Assembly (NCBI GenBank): GCA_050742455.1
Contig: JBOGIG010000076.1
Span: 20,204 to 84,203 of the forward strand
Length of the DNA: 64,000 nucleotides
Direction: 5' to 3'
Origin: Acidimicrobiales bacterium
Lineage (GTDB): Bacteria; Actinomycetota; Acidimicrobiia; Acidimicrobiales; JBOGIG01
The notes beneath the pieces were generated by a model. That model was not told the origin of the DNA. It was given only the letters and a program-made list of their open reading frames with translations, and searched no databases. Position numbers and translations under genes: made by a program. Position 1 is the first letter of the stretch, and each line of letters starts with the position of its first letter. Positions 1-7,824 of this stretch are shown piece by piece.

Positions 1-300
1 AAATCCACCGGTGGTGAGGACCACATCAGGCCGCAGACGTCGCAGGGCGATCAGAGCCTGAGCCGTGCCCACCAACGACTGGAGGCACGAGCTCGCCATC
101 TTGACCGGCCCCTTGCCTCTGACCGCCCCGGCCCGGACGCCAAGAAACTCCACCTCACGGGACCGGACAAGACCCTCTTCCATGCCCCCCGAGCACCCCA
201 TCCACCATACCTGGGGCCCGGGCGAGGGCCATTGTTCGATCAGGGCCAAGCCGGGGAAGACATGACCCGCCGTGCCCCCCCCGCCGATCACGAGCCTCAC
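1..300 (-). CDS. MurG-like glycosyltransferase family 28, first 100 codons (partial, continues past window start)
   Basis: Absent from the ORF track because it runs off the window. Manual minus-strand translation from GTG 300..298 gives VRLVIGGGGTAGHVFPGLALIEQ...FLGVRAGAVRGKG...ALIALRRLRPDVVLTTGGF. This matches the MurG G-loop (GGTGGH.FP.LA) and the PDVV..GG segment. The GTG overlaps the RidA stop (GTGA). Confidence 0.6.
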   Translation of the reverse strand, partial: MRLVIGGGGTAGHVFPGLALIEQWPSPGPQVWWMGCSGGMEEGLVRSREVEFLGVRAGAVRGKGPVKMASSCLQSLVGTAQALIALRRLRPDVVLTTGGF

Positions 301-668
301 GGGTTGGACGATGCCCCGGGAACTCGGGCCCAGGCTTCGATCTCGACGCCGGCTCCGAGTGGCAGGGCGACCACGGCGATGGCCGACCGGGCAGGCCGGT
401 GGTCGCCCAATGCTGCGATGTAGGCCCGGTTCATTTCGTCGTAATGGGCAATGTCAGTAAGGAAAACGGTGGTCTTTACCACGTCGCCCAAGCTGGCGCC
501 GAAGGGGGCCAGCAGATCAGAGAGATTGGCCATGGCCTGGGTTACCTGGGCGCCCACGCCACCGTCGACCAGCACACCGCCGCTCGCTCCCAATTGGCCC
601 GAGCACACCAGCCAACCGCCGGTGCGCACTACCGGGGAATAGGGACCTGCGCTATCTGCGAGCGTCAT
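297..668 (-). CDS. RidA/YjgF family reactive-intermediate deaminase
   Basis: C-terminal 123 aa of ORF 297..974 starting at ATG 668 (MTLADSAGPYSPVV..LVCSGQLG..TTVFLTD..EMNRAY..PARSAIAV..LP.GA.VEIEAWA) fits the RidA pattern. ATGA overlap with the upstream gene stop at 665. Confidence 0.85.
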   Translation of the reverse strand: MTLADSAGPYSPVVRTGGWLVCSGQLGASGGVLVDGGVGAQVTQAMANLSDLLAPFGASLGDVVKTTVFLTDIAHYDEMNRAYIAALGDHRPARSAIAVVALPLGAGVEIEAWARVPGASSNP

Positions 669-2320
669 TTTTCGCCTGCTCCTTGTCGTGTGGGCCAGAA
701 GCCGGTCAGGCCCTCGGCTATCCATACTGCACCGGCCACCGCCGCCATCACCGCATCGGAGCCGTTGACGGGCTCGGCCGAGGAGTCCTCGAACTCTACG
801 TCGATGCAAGGGGTATCCACCGCCCGAAGGATTCCCCACGATCGGATGGTCAAGTCGACCGGGTCCTGATCTGGACCTAGTGCAACCCCTTCCGATCGAA
901 CCAGACCGAGCGCCATATGGGCTGCTCCCAGGCAATAGGACCTGAGCACCACCTGGTCCAGAATCCTGCCGCACGTCACCTGGACCCTGATTCCCTCGCC
1001 ATCTACCTGAGCCACAGCCCGGGCACCCTCCGGCGAGACAACCTCAACGGCAGGGCCCGTGGCACGCAACGCGCCCAACATCGCCGCCGCCTCCACCCAC
1101 CCGGCGCCTCTGATCAGGGGGGATACCGGCGGACCGGAACCGGTGACGAACTGGACAGCCAGCCCCGGGGCAACCTTGGCCACCCGTTGGCGAAGCCCAT
1201 CCCATTCAATGTCTGGCCGAGGAGCCAAGACCCGCATTACCCCTCGCCCGTCTTCGTCCACGCCGATGGCCACCGGGGGCCTCTTGGGTCCCATGCGCAC
1301 CACGTCCTCGCGGTCGAACAGCACCCGCACTGCTCGACCATGCCTGTCGGCCAATTCCCGAGCGGCGCTAGCGACCGGCGACGAGGCCTTCCCTCCAAAC
1401 GCCCCCCCATTGGCCAGAGGCGACGAGGGCTCACCACCAGGCTCGCACCATGATGCATCCGGCTCCAGGTAAGCGGGCTCGACCCAGGTCGTCCTGAGGG
1501 TCAGGGCCCATGTTCCTGGAGCAACTTCAAGTGGCCAGGTGAGATCGACGGTGGATCGACGGCCTTGAACCTTTCCCATTTGTTCTCGGGCCTGGGCCAG
1601 CGACTCGGCTACCACCCACCCCCCAGCACCGTCGGGCAGAGCCACCAGGCATCCGGGCGGAGCCCCGTCATCGGAGAAGCCCCCTTGGCCCATGGCCACA
1701 TGGGCGCCAACCTGTTGAGGGCTCCTTCCCTCCAACTCCGCCCGGTGCGCGGCAGCCACAAGATCCCGAGGAATCGATGATGAACCGGGGTCGGAGCAGG
1801 CTGCCTCCAAGATGCTGCGCCACCCGGTGCATCGGCACAGGTGTGCCCGCAACGCCCCGGCGACGGCATCGGCACTGACGTGAGGGCCGGGCCAAGGCGA
1901 CAGACCGGCCAGGCGCATGATGATACCTGGAGTGCAGAACCCGCATTGGCTGGCGCCGTGGGCCACGAAGGCCTCGGCCCAGGCGGCGCGGCTGGCGGGA
2001 TCCAGACCGTCGATGGTGATCACGCTACGACCGGCCACTCGCCGAACCGGTGTGACGCAAGCCACCCGGGGCGATCCGTCGATCCAGACTGTGCAACAGC
2101 CGCATTGCCCCTGGGGGCTGCAACCGTCCTTGGGGGATCGAACGCCAACCTGCTGGCGGAGCACCTCAAGCAAGGAGGACCCGTCGTCGGGAACCTCTAG
2201 GGCCGCTCCGTCGACGGTGAGCGAGATGGTGTCCTGAGTCAGGTGGCCAAGCTCAGCTGAAGGAGGAACCGCACCCGCAAGTATGGGTGGCGTTGGGGTT
2301 CTTGATGGCAAAGCCGGCAT
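665..2320 (-). CDS. Fusion of a [2Fe-2S]-binding xanthine-dehydrogenase small-subunit domain with a short molybdopterin-subunit-like domain
   Basis: Two 2Fe-2S motifs (CSPQGQCGCCTV, QCGFCTPGIIM...CRCTGW) are followed by XDH large-subunit-like motifs (AYLEPDA, GGAFGGK, FDREDVVRMG.KRPP) in only about 370 aa. Start is uncertain: ATG 2320 overlaps iscA by 68 nt; a CTG at 2242 or ATG 2386 are alternatives. Confidence 0.7.
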   Translation of the reverse strand: MPALPSRTPTPPILAGAVPPSAELGHLTQDTISLTVDGAALEVPDDGSSLLEVLRQQVGVRSPKDGCSPQGQCGCCTVWIDGSPRVACVTPVRRVAGRSVITIDGLDPASRAAWAEAFVAHGASQCGFCTPGIIMRLAGLSPWPGPHVSADAVAGALRAHLCRCTGWRSILEAACSDPGSSSIPRDLVAAAHRAELEGRSPQQVGAHVAMGQGGFSDDGAPPGCLVALPDGAGGWVVAESLAQAREQMGKVQGRRSTVDLTWPLEVAPGTWALTLRTTWVEPAYLEPDASWCEPGGEPSSPLANGGAFGGKASSPVASAARELADRHGRAVRVLFDREDVVRMGPKRPPVAIGVDEDGRGVMRVLAPRPDIEWDGLRQRVAKVAPGLAVQFVTGSGPPVSPLIRGAGWVEAAAMLGALRATGPAVEVVSPEGARAVAQVDGEGIRVQVTCGRILDQVVLRSYCLGAAHMALGLVRSEGVALGPDQDPVDLTIRSWGILRAVDTPCIDVEFEDSSAEPVNGSDAVMAAVAGAVWIAEGLTGFWPTRQGAGEK

Positions 2321-2612
2321 CTTGGAGGCCGTCCTTGTAGTCCAGGGTGGAACCCTTGAGAAGATCGGCGCTGGCCGGGTCGACAACCAGCCTGACCGAT
2401 CCGAACGTGCTCAACACATCGTCCTCGGCCACTTCCGCATCGAAGAACATCTCATAGGAATAGCCCGAACAACCACCGGGCCGCACCGCCACTCGTAGGG
2501 CCAACTGGTCGTTGCCCTCTTGGGCGATGAGGTCGGCCACCTTGGCAATGGCGGCGTCGCTGGGAGTCACGGGGCTTGGCTTCCGGCCGATGGCCACTGA
2601 CGTCATGCTCAT
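2253..2612 (-). CDS. IscA/HesB/ErpA-type iron-sulfur cluster insertion protein
   Basis: 119 aa with LRVAVRPGGCSGYSYEMFFD and C-terminal CGCGSSFS, the hallmark HesB/IscA cysteines. SD-like GAGAGG lies upstream of the ATG. Confidence 0.9.
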   Translation of the reverse strand: MSMTSVAIGRKPSPVTPSDAAIAKVADLIAQEGNDQLALRVAVRPGGCSGYSYEMFFDAEVAEDDVLSTFGSVRLVVDPASADLLKGSTLDYKDGLQDAGFAIKNPNATHTCGCGSSFS

Positions 2613-2659
2613 GGTGTTACCTCTCTCATGTCCGCTGATCTCATGTCCGCTGATCTCAT
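2609..2659 (-). other. 16-codon upstream ORF (MRSADMRSADMREVTP) built from 15-bp repeats, with its stop overlapping the iscA ATG (ATGA)
   Basis: Manual translation of the minus strand. Three in-frame ATGs are spaced 15 nt apart, and TGA 2611..2609 overlaps iscA ATG 2612..2610. Translation is not demonstrated. Confidence 0.3.
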
Positions 2660-2698
2660 GTCCGTGGGTCTCCCACCGCTGCTCTCTGTCCGTGGGTC
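2625..2698. repeat. 15-bp direct repeats in the iscA/mrp divergent spacer: CTCATGTCCGCTGAT x2, CTCATGTCCGTGGGT x1, plus a degenerate copy at 2684-2698
   Basis: Read directly from the sequence. Three units are head-to-tail at 2625-2669, immediately upstream of the iscA start. Confidence 0.9.
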
Positions 2699-2804
2699 CT
2701 CAGCCCCGGTCCCCACCACTTTACCGGCTCATTAGACCCTTGCCGGTTGGACGCCTTTTCGGGACCCGGGTCAGGGCAATCATGCTCGCCGGTAGCATTG
2801 AGTT

Positions 2805-4076
2805 GTGACCACACCCGGCCCCGCCACAAGCGAGGAGTCCGTCAGGGGGGCGCTCTTGGGCGTGATCGATCCTGAATTGGGCGACAACATCGTGGACCTG
2901 GGAATGGTTCGCTCGATCGTGGTTGAACCTAACGGCGATGTGGTAGTCGGCATCGCCCTGACAATCGCCGGATGTCCGCTCAGAACCCAGCTGAATACCG
3001 ACATAAGGGGGCGAATCTCGAGCCTGCCCGGCGTGGGCAAGGTCGAGATCGAGATGGCAGAGATGAACCCCGACGAACGCCAGGCGGTCATGGCCCGGGC
3101 CCGATGGAAGGCCCGGGAGTCTGCACCAACTACGGACATCCCTTCCACGGCCCGGGTGGTGGCCATCGCCTCGGGCAAGGGTGGGGTCGGCAAATCCTCG
3201 GTAACGGTCAACCTGGCCGTCGCCCTCGCTCGCCGGGGGCTCACCGTTGGCCTCCTGGATGCTGACATCGGAGGGTTCTCAGTACCCCGCATGCTGGGCC
3301 TGTCCGGAGAGATCCAGGCCCGGGACGGCAAGATGCTCCCTCTTGAGAAGGTGGTCCGCCCCGGCCTGGTCAAGGTCTTGTCAATGGGATTCTTGGCCGA
3401 GGAGGACTCGGCCATCATGTGGAGGGGCCTCCTCCTCAATCGAGCCGTGCAGCAGTTCCTCGAAGACGTGTGGTGGGGCGAAATGGACTATCTCCTCATC
3501 GACATGCCGCCTGGAACGAGTGACATCCAAATGGGTTTGGCCCGCATGCTGCCCCGCACCGAGATGATCATCGTCACCACACCCCCCCTGGCCGCCCAGA
3601 AGGTGGCATCCCGCACCGCCGACATGGCCCGCAAGGGCTACTTGAGGGTGGCCGGGGTCATCGAGAACATGAGTTCGTTCGTGTGCGACCACGGCGACTC
3701 CTATGAACTGTTCGGCTCCGGGGGAGGACAGCGCCTGGCCGACGACATCGGAGTCCCCCTGATCGGCTCCATACCGATCGACCCGGCCCTGGCCCGTGGG
3801 GGAGACTTGGGCCGTCCCTTGGCCGAAGGGGATGGTCCAACGGCCCAGGCCTTCGCGGCGCTGGCCACCCGGCTCGTTACCGAGATCGCCCCGCTGGTGG
3901 AAATGTCCGGCTGTTCGGTCCGCCTCCTCGAAGCAGTAGACCGCGCTGTTGGTTCCCTCGACAGTCACTCCCCCCTCGCCGAGGAAACCACGGACGGCAA
4001 CGGTCGCCGTGTCGAAGGGGAGAAGCGTTCAGTCCATGCCCACGATGGGCCGGTTGAGGTGGATCCCTCCCGCTGA
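2805..4076 (+). CDS. mrp: Mrp/ApbC/NBP35-family Fe-S cluster carrier ATPase (DUF59 N-domain + ParA-like P-loop)
   Basis: N-terminal LGVIDPELGDNIVDLGMV (DUF59), deviant Walker A SGKGGVGKSS, and DMPPGTSD. Confidence 0.9.
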   Translation: MTTPGPATSEESVRGALLGVIDPELGDNIVDLGMVRSIVVEPNGDVVVGIALTIAGCPLRTQLNTDIRGRISSLPGVGKVEIEMAEMNPDERQAVMARARWKARESAPTTDIPSTARVVAIASGKGGVGKSSVTVNLAVALARRGLTVGLLDADIGGFSVPRMLGLSGEIQARDGKMLPLEKVVRPGLVKVLSMGFLAEEDSAIMWRGLLLNRAVQQFLEDVWWGEMDYLLIDMPPGTSDIQMGLARMLPRTEMIIVTTPPLAAQKVASRTADMARKGYLRVAGVIENMSSFVCDHGDSYELFGSGGGQRLADDIGVPLIGSIPIDPALARGGDLGRPLAEGDGPTAQAFAALATRLVTEIAPLVEMSGCSVRLLEAVDRAVGSLDSHSPLAEETTDGNGRRVEGEKRSVHAHDGPVEVDPSR

Positions 4077-6008
4077 TCCGAAGAACCCGGCGTCGCCGAA
4101 GCTGAATATGCCTCCGTCGGATGCCACCAACCAGTAGCCCCCGCCGTCGGGGGTCGAGGCGATCCCCACGATGGGTTGGTTGAGATGAATATTGCCGGTA
4201 GAGCCGAAGAACCCGGCGTCACCGAAGCTGAATATGCCTCCGTCGGAGGCCACCAGGTGGTAACCCCCCGCCGCTACTCTGGCTATGCCGGTCCCCCAGT
4301 TCCACGGCTGGTCCCCGACCGGGAGCGTTGCCGAGCCCGCGAACTCGGCCCCCACCCAGACCGATCCGGGATTGGTCGGATCCGGGCTCGAGGCGGAGTA
4401 GTCGCCGAATCGGGTGCCCCCGTAAGTGGCCTGCCCAGCAAACAGCGTCGTGGCCGGGCCCGGAGCGGCCGCCCCGGGAGCCTCAATGGCCACTTCGGCA
4501 CTGGCGAAGCGGGTCGATGACGAGGCCGAAAAGGAGACAAACATGTCACCGGCCGAGTCCGCCACTACCGAGGGGTAGTACACGTAGCCCCCGGCTTGGC
4601 CGTAGTCCGAATCCTGGAGAAGCCTCGGCCCCGATGACGTCAGGGCCACCTTGATCAATCTCAGGCACGAGCGAACAACGCTGTCACCGGCGGGAGTGCA
4701 CTGATCAGTGGCCGCGGTCCAAAGCTCCCCGCCGGCCTGAACGGCACTGACAAGCCGGTCGTCGCCGGTGTCGATGGGTGGGCTGGAACTCAGCAGACTC
4801 CCGCCGGGCTGGGTGGCCGTGGGCGACGAAAACGCCGCGGTGGGAGTGATGGCCAAGTCCGTCTCGACGAGGCGAATGCCGAGCGGGGGTGAGCCGGTCA
4901 CCGCCACCACACCGAGGAAGCTTCCGCCGTTGTACACAAAATAGCTGTCCGGTCCCGCCGACGATGCCACGGGGACGTAGCCAAAGGAAGTGGCGTCCGG
5001 GCCGTGCGAGTAGGTAAAGGCCCTGCCCCCTGACAGGAGAGGGCCCTTGGCCATGATTCGAATATCATTTCCAACGAACTTCCCGGATGTGTCGAACTGG
5101 CTCCAGGCCAAGAGGACCTTGTCCGTCGTCAGCCCCAGCTTGGGTTGATCGTCCAGACCAGCGGTATTGCTGTCGACGCTGTAGACGTACCAGCCCCCGG
5201 TGGCGTCAGGGCCGGCTGAGACGGCCAAGTCCACTTCAGAAGCACTGGGGGAGGGACCCGAACCGGCGTCTGAGGTGGTTGAGGCAAACCACCGCCCTGA
5301 ATTCGGGTCCCACAGAACCCAGGGATCGGTCTGGGAGTAGGCGGGGGGGAATCCGTAGAAGATGTTCAAGTCCTTGGCTAGGAGCTGGTGACCTGAGCGG
5401 TCGAAGACGGCCAGAGTGGAGTTGACCATCTCAACGATCTGGTTGGGTCCGACCGCTACCTGGGTATCGGGCGGTTCGGTGGCATTGCCCCCCTGGGCAT
5501 TGAACTGACCGGCCTCGGATATGCCGCCGAAGGCCACCTGCACGTGGGCCGCCGTCCGTGGCGATGCCGTTCGAGTGGCAAGTTCCCGAGGAACCACCGC
5601 GCCACCGGGACGGGGGCCTGACCCGGGGCGGCGCAATCGGGTGGACGACTCAACGCGATGACCCGCGATCCCAGACCCGTTGGGCAGGGCGGCCACGTTG
5701 ACCGCCCGGGCCGGTCCCAGAGCCTGCACCCGGCCGGCGCTCAGAGCCCGGGGGCTGGACTCGACCGATGCAAAGGCGGCCCTGCTCGGGCCAGCCACGG
5801 CCACCGCGCTGGTCGGGGAGGCCGCGCTGGTCGGGGAGGCCGCGCTGGCCGAGGAGACCGCGCTGGTCGGGGAGGCCGCGCTGGTCGGGGAGGCCGCGCT
5901 GGCCGAGGAGACCGCGCTGGCCGAGGATACTGTGCCGGCGACGGACACCGTGGCAATCAAGGCGCCGGCCAGAGCCCCGAATCGCCGCCGCCTTCGGTTG
6001 GCCTTCAC
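4029..6008 (-). CDS. Secreted repeat protein of unknown function (signal peptide, Ser/Ala/Pro tandem repeats, C-terminal GGYxLVASDGGIFSFGDAGFFGS repeats)
   Basis: N-terminal MKANRRRRRFGALAGALIATVSVAG is signal-like. It is followed by the SSASAASPTSA repeat region, a large central domain, and two 42-aa C-terminal repeats. Confidence 0.7.
   Translation of the reverse strand: MKANRRRRRFGALAGALIATVSVAGTVSSASAVSSASAASPTSAASPTSAVSSASAASPTSAASPTSAVAVAGPSRAAFASVESSPRALSAGRVQALGPARAVNVAALPNGSGIAGHRVESSTRLRRPGSGPRPGGAVVPRELATRTASPRTAAHVQVAFGGISEAGQFNAQGGNATEPPDTQVAVGPNQIVEMVNSTLAVFDRSGHQLLAKDLNIFYGFPPAYSQTDPWVLWDPNSGRWFASTTSDAGSGPSPSASEVDLAVSAGPDATGGWYVYSVDSNTAGLDDQPKLGLTTDKVLLAWSQFDTSGKFVGNDIRIMAKGPLLSGGRAFTYSHGPDATSFGYVPVASSAGPDSYFVYNGGSFLGVVAVTGSPPLGIRLVETDLAITPTAAFSSPTATQPGGSLLSSSPPIDTGDDRLVSAVQAGGELWTAATDQCTPAGDSVVRSCLRLIKVALTSSGPRLLQDSDYGQAGGYVYYPSVVADSAGDMFVSFSASSSTRFASAEVAIEAPGAAAPGPATTLFAGQATYGGTRFGDYSASSPDPTNPGSVWVGAEFAGSATLPVGDQPWNWGTGIARVAAGGYHLVASDGGIFSFGDAGFFGSTGNIHLNQPIVGIASTPDGGGYWLVASDGGIFSFGDAGFFGSAGGIHLNRPIVGMD
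4032..4268. repeat. Coding tandem repeat, about 126-bp period x2 (C-terminal DGGIFSFGDAGFFGS modules)
   Basis: CCGAAGAACCCGGCGTC.CCGAAGCTGAATATGCCTCCGTCGGA recurs at about 4079 and about 4205. Confidence 0.8.
5806..5931. repeat. Coding tandem repeat, 18-bp units arranged AAB-AAB-B' (54 bp x2 plus one unit)
   Basis: GCGCTGGTCGGGGAGGCC / GCGCTGGCCGAGGAGACC units read directly. They encode the Ser/Ala/Pro/Thr repeats just after the signal peptide. Confidence 0.9.
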
Positions 6009-6049
6009 GGCACTAGGCCTTCGCTCGACCGATATGGATCGTGGCCGGA

Positions 6050-7801
6050 CTACTTGGAGGCACGGCGGCGCTGAGTCGGAACAGCCAGGCAGAACGAGGG
6101 CCGGTCCCCTTCACCCTCCTCGTACCACAGCCTTCCCCCCATCGCCTGCATCAGATCTCTGGACAGTACCAACCCCAGCCCCCCCGAGCCGGCCAGTGCC
6201 TCACTCCGGCCGATCAGGCTACTGGGTCGGGCGAACAAATCCTCGGCTGCAGCCGGGTCCAGTCCGGGGCCGGCATCGCTGACTTCCACCTCGATGAAGC
6301 CACCGGTGCGCATTGGCCGCATCCTCACCGACACCGGCGGACCGCCATGCTCCAAGGCGTTCGAAACCAAGTTGGAGATGACCTGCTCCAGGCGATCAGG
6401 ATCGGCCCAGACCAGCGTCTCGGGCCCCATGCTGACTTCGATGCCGCCCTCGACCCCGGCGAGGGAGCCGGCCAGGGCGACAGCTTTGCCGGTCACCGAG
6501 GCCAGGTCCACAACCTGGGGGGCCAGGAACAGCTGGGATGACTGGAGGCGACTGATATCGGAGAGTGACTGGGCCATCCGCCTCATCCGATCCGTCTGAG
6601 CCGCAATGGCATCAGAAGTCCGCAGCACCTGGCGGGCCGACACTTTGGGCTCGGCCGTCCGGGCCTGGTCATCGAGGGTCGCGATCAGGGAGGCAATGGT
6701 GGCTAAGGGGCGGCTCAATTCCGAGGTGACGTGGGCCAGGAACCGGTTCTTGTCAACCTCAAGTCTCACCGCCGCGGATACATCCGCGAAGACCCACTGG
6801 TACCCGGTGACCGAATCGCCCTGACAGCGGGGATGGACTCGGACATCGAGGGTACGGACCACGCCATCGGGCCGCAAGATGCTCAGGCGGTGCACCTGAT
6901 CGGGAGAACCCACGGCGGCGCTCACGAATTCGGCTCGGGTTGTACCTATAGGAGCCAGCACGCTGCCCAGGGATGCGCCTTCCAAGTCGATCCTGGACAG
7001 GCCGAATATGACGGACAGCGCAGCATTGGCGTAACGAAGGGTTCCTTCCAGATCGACCTCGCAGATGCCGTTGAAGGAGCTCTCCACGAGGTCTTCGAAA
7101 CGGGTCCTGGACTCGGCGTCCCGGCCCACCACCGCGCCCCAGTACCCCTTGGCCAGGGCATCAGTGAGACGGTCCATGGCGGGCAGCACCCTTTCCAAGA
7201 GCAACGACAGCGCCAATCCCCAGTGACGACCCCCGGCTTCGGCCAGTTCAACCGCGCTTTGGACCACGAGATCGCGCGAAATCCGGAGCATGACCAGTAG
7301 CTGGGGCAGCGGGGATCCGGCCCAGGCCGCCGCAGCACCCACGTCGCACAGGTCGGCAACCAGGGTTTCGTCAGCCTCGGCCCCCTGCCCAGTGACAGCC
7401 AGGATGGCCTCGAATCGGGCACTGGCCTGCTCGATGAACCCGGCCCGCTCCGACAAGGACCACGCCCGGGCCTCGGGGAAGGCCGCGGCAAATATCTCAT
7501 AGGCACGGCGGGCCATTTCGTCCGAGCGACCTTCCAGAGCGTCCAGCAGGCTCTGGGGATCCACGCTTTCGGGTCCAAGATCCAAAACGTTGCCCGCGCC
7601 ATTGTCGGCGTTGCGGGCCAAAAATGCCTTGAGGGACACCTGGTTGAACTCGGGACCCTTCGCGCCCTTTGCGTCGGCGTGAAGGAATCCGGCCCCCATC
7701 AGGGCCAGGACGACATCTTCGGACAAGCTCAGGTATGCCGCTGCGCCCTCGACGTCAACGAGAGCCTTGCGACCGGTGTCTTTCTCGGGCATTCCGGACA
7801 T
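6050..7801 (-). CDS. Cytoplasmic PAS-domain sensor histidine kinase with atypical H-box (orphan, no adjacent response regulator)
   Basis: N-box LVSNALEHG, G1 DAGPGL, G2 GSGGLGL and a PAS-like segment (NGICEVDLEGTLRYANAA). The H-box reads FLAHVTSELSRPL. No transmembrane segment is evident. Confidence 0.8.
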   Translation of the reverse strand: MSGMPEKDTGRKALVDVEGAAAYLSLSEDVVLALMGAGFLHADAKGAKGPEFNQVSLKAFLARNADNGAGNVLDLGPESVDPQSLLDALEGRSDEMARRAYEIFAAAFPEARAWSLSERAGFIEQASARFEAILAVTGQGAEADETLVADLCDVGAAAAWAGSPLPQLLVMLRISRDLVVQSAVELAEAGGRHWGLALSLLLERVLPAMDRLTDALAKGYWGAVVGRDAESRTRFEDLVESSFNGICEVDLEGTLRYANAALSVIFGLSRIDLEGASLGSVLAPIGTTRAEFVSAAVGSPDQVHRLSILRPDGVVRTLDVRVHPRCQGDSVTGYQWVFADVSAAVRLEVDKNRFLAHVTSELSRPLATIASLIATLDDQARTAEPKVSARQVLRTSDAIAAQTDRMRRMAQSLSDISRLQSSQLFLAPQVVDLASVTGKAVALAGSLAGVEGGIEVSMGPETLVWADPDRLEQVISNLVSNALEHGGPPVSVRMRPMRTGGFIEVEVSDAGPGLDPAAAEDLFARPSSLIGRSEALAGSGGLGLVLSRDLMQAMGGRLWYEEGEGDRPSFCLAVPTQRRRASK

Positions 7802-7824
7802 CTACTTCGCCACCCAGGGCTCGC

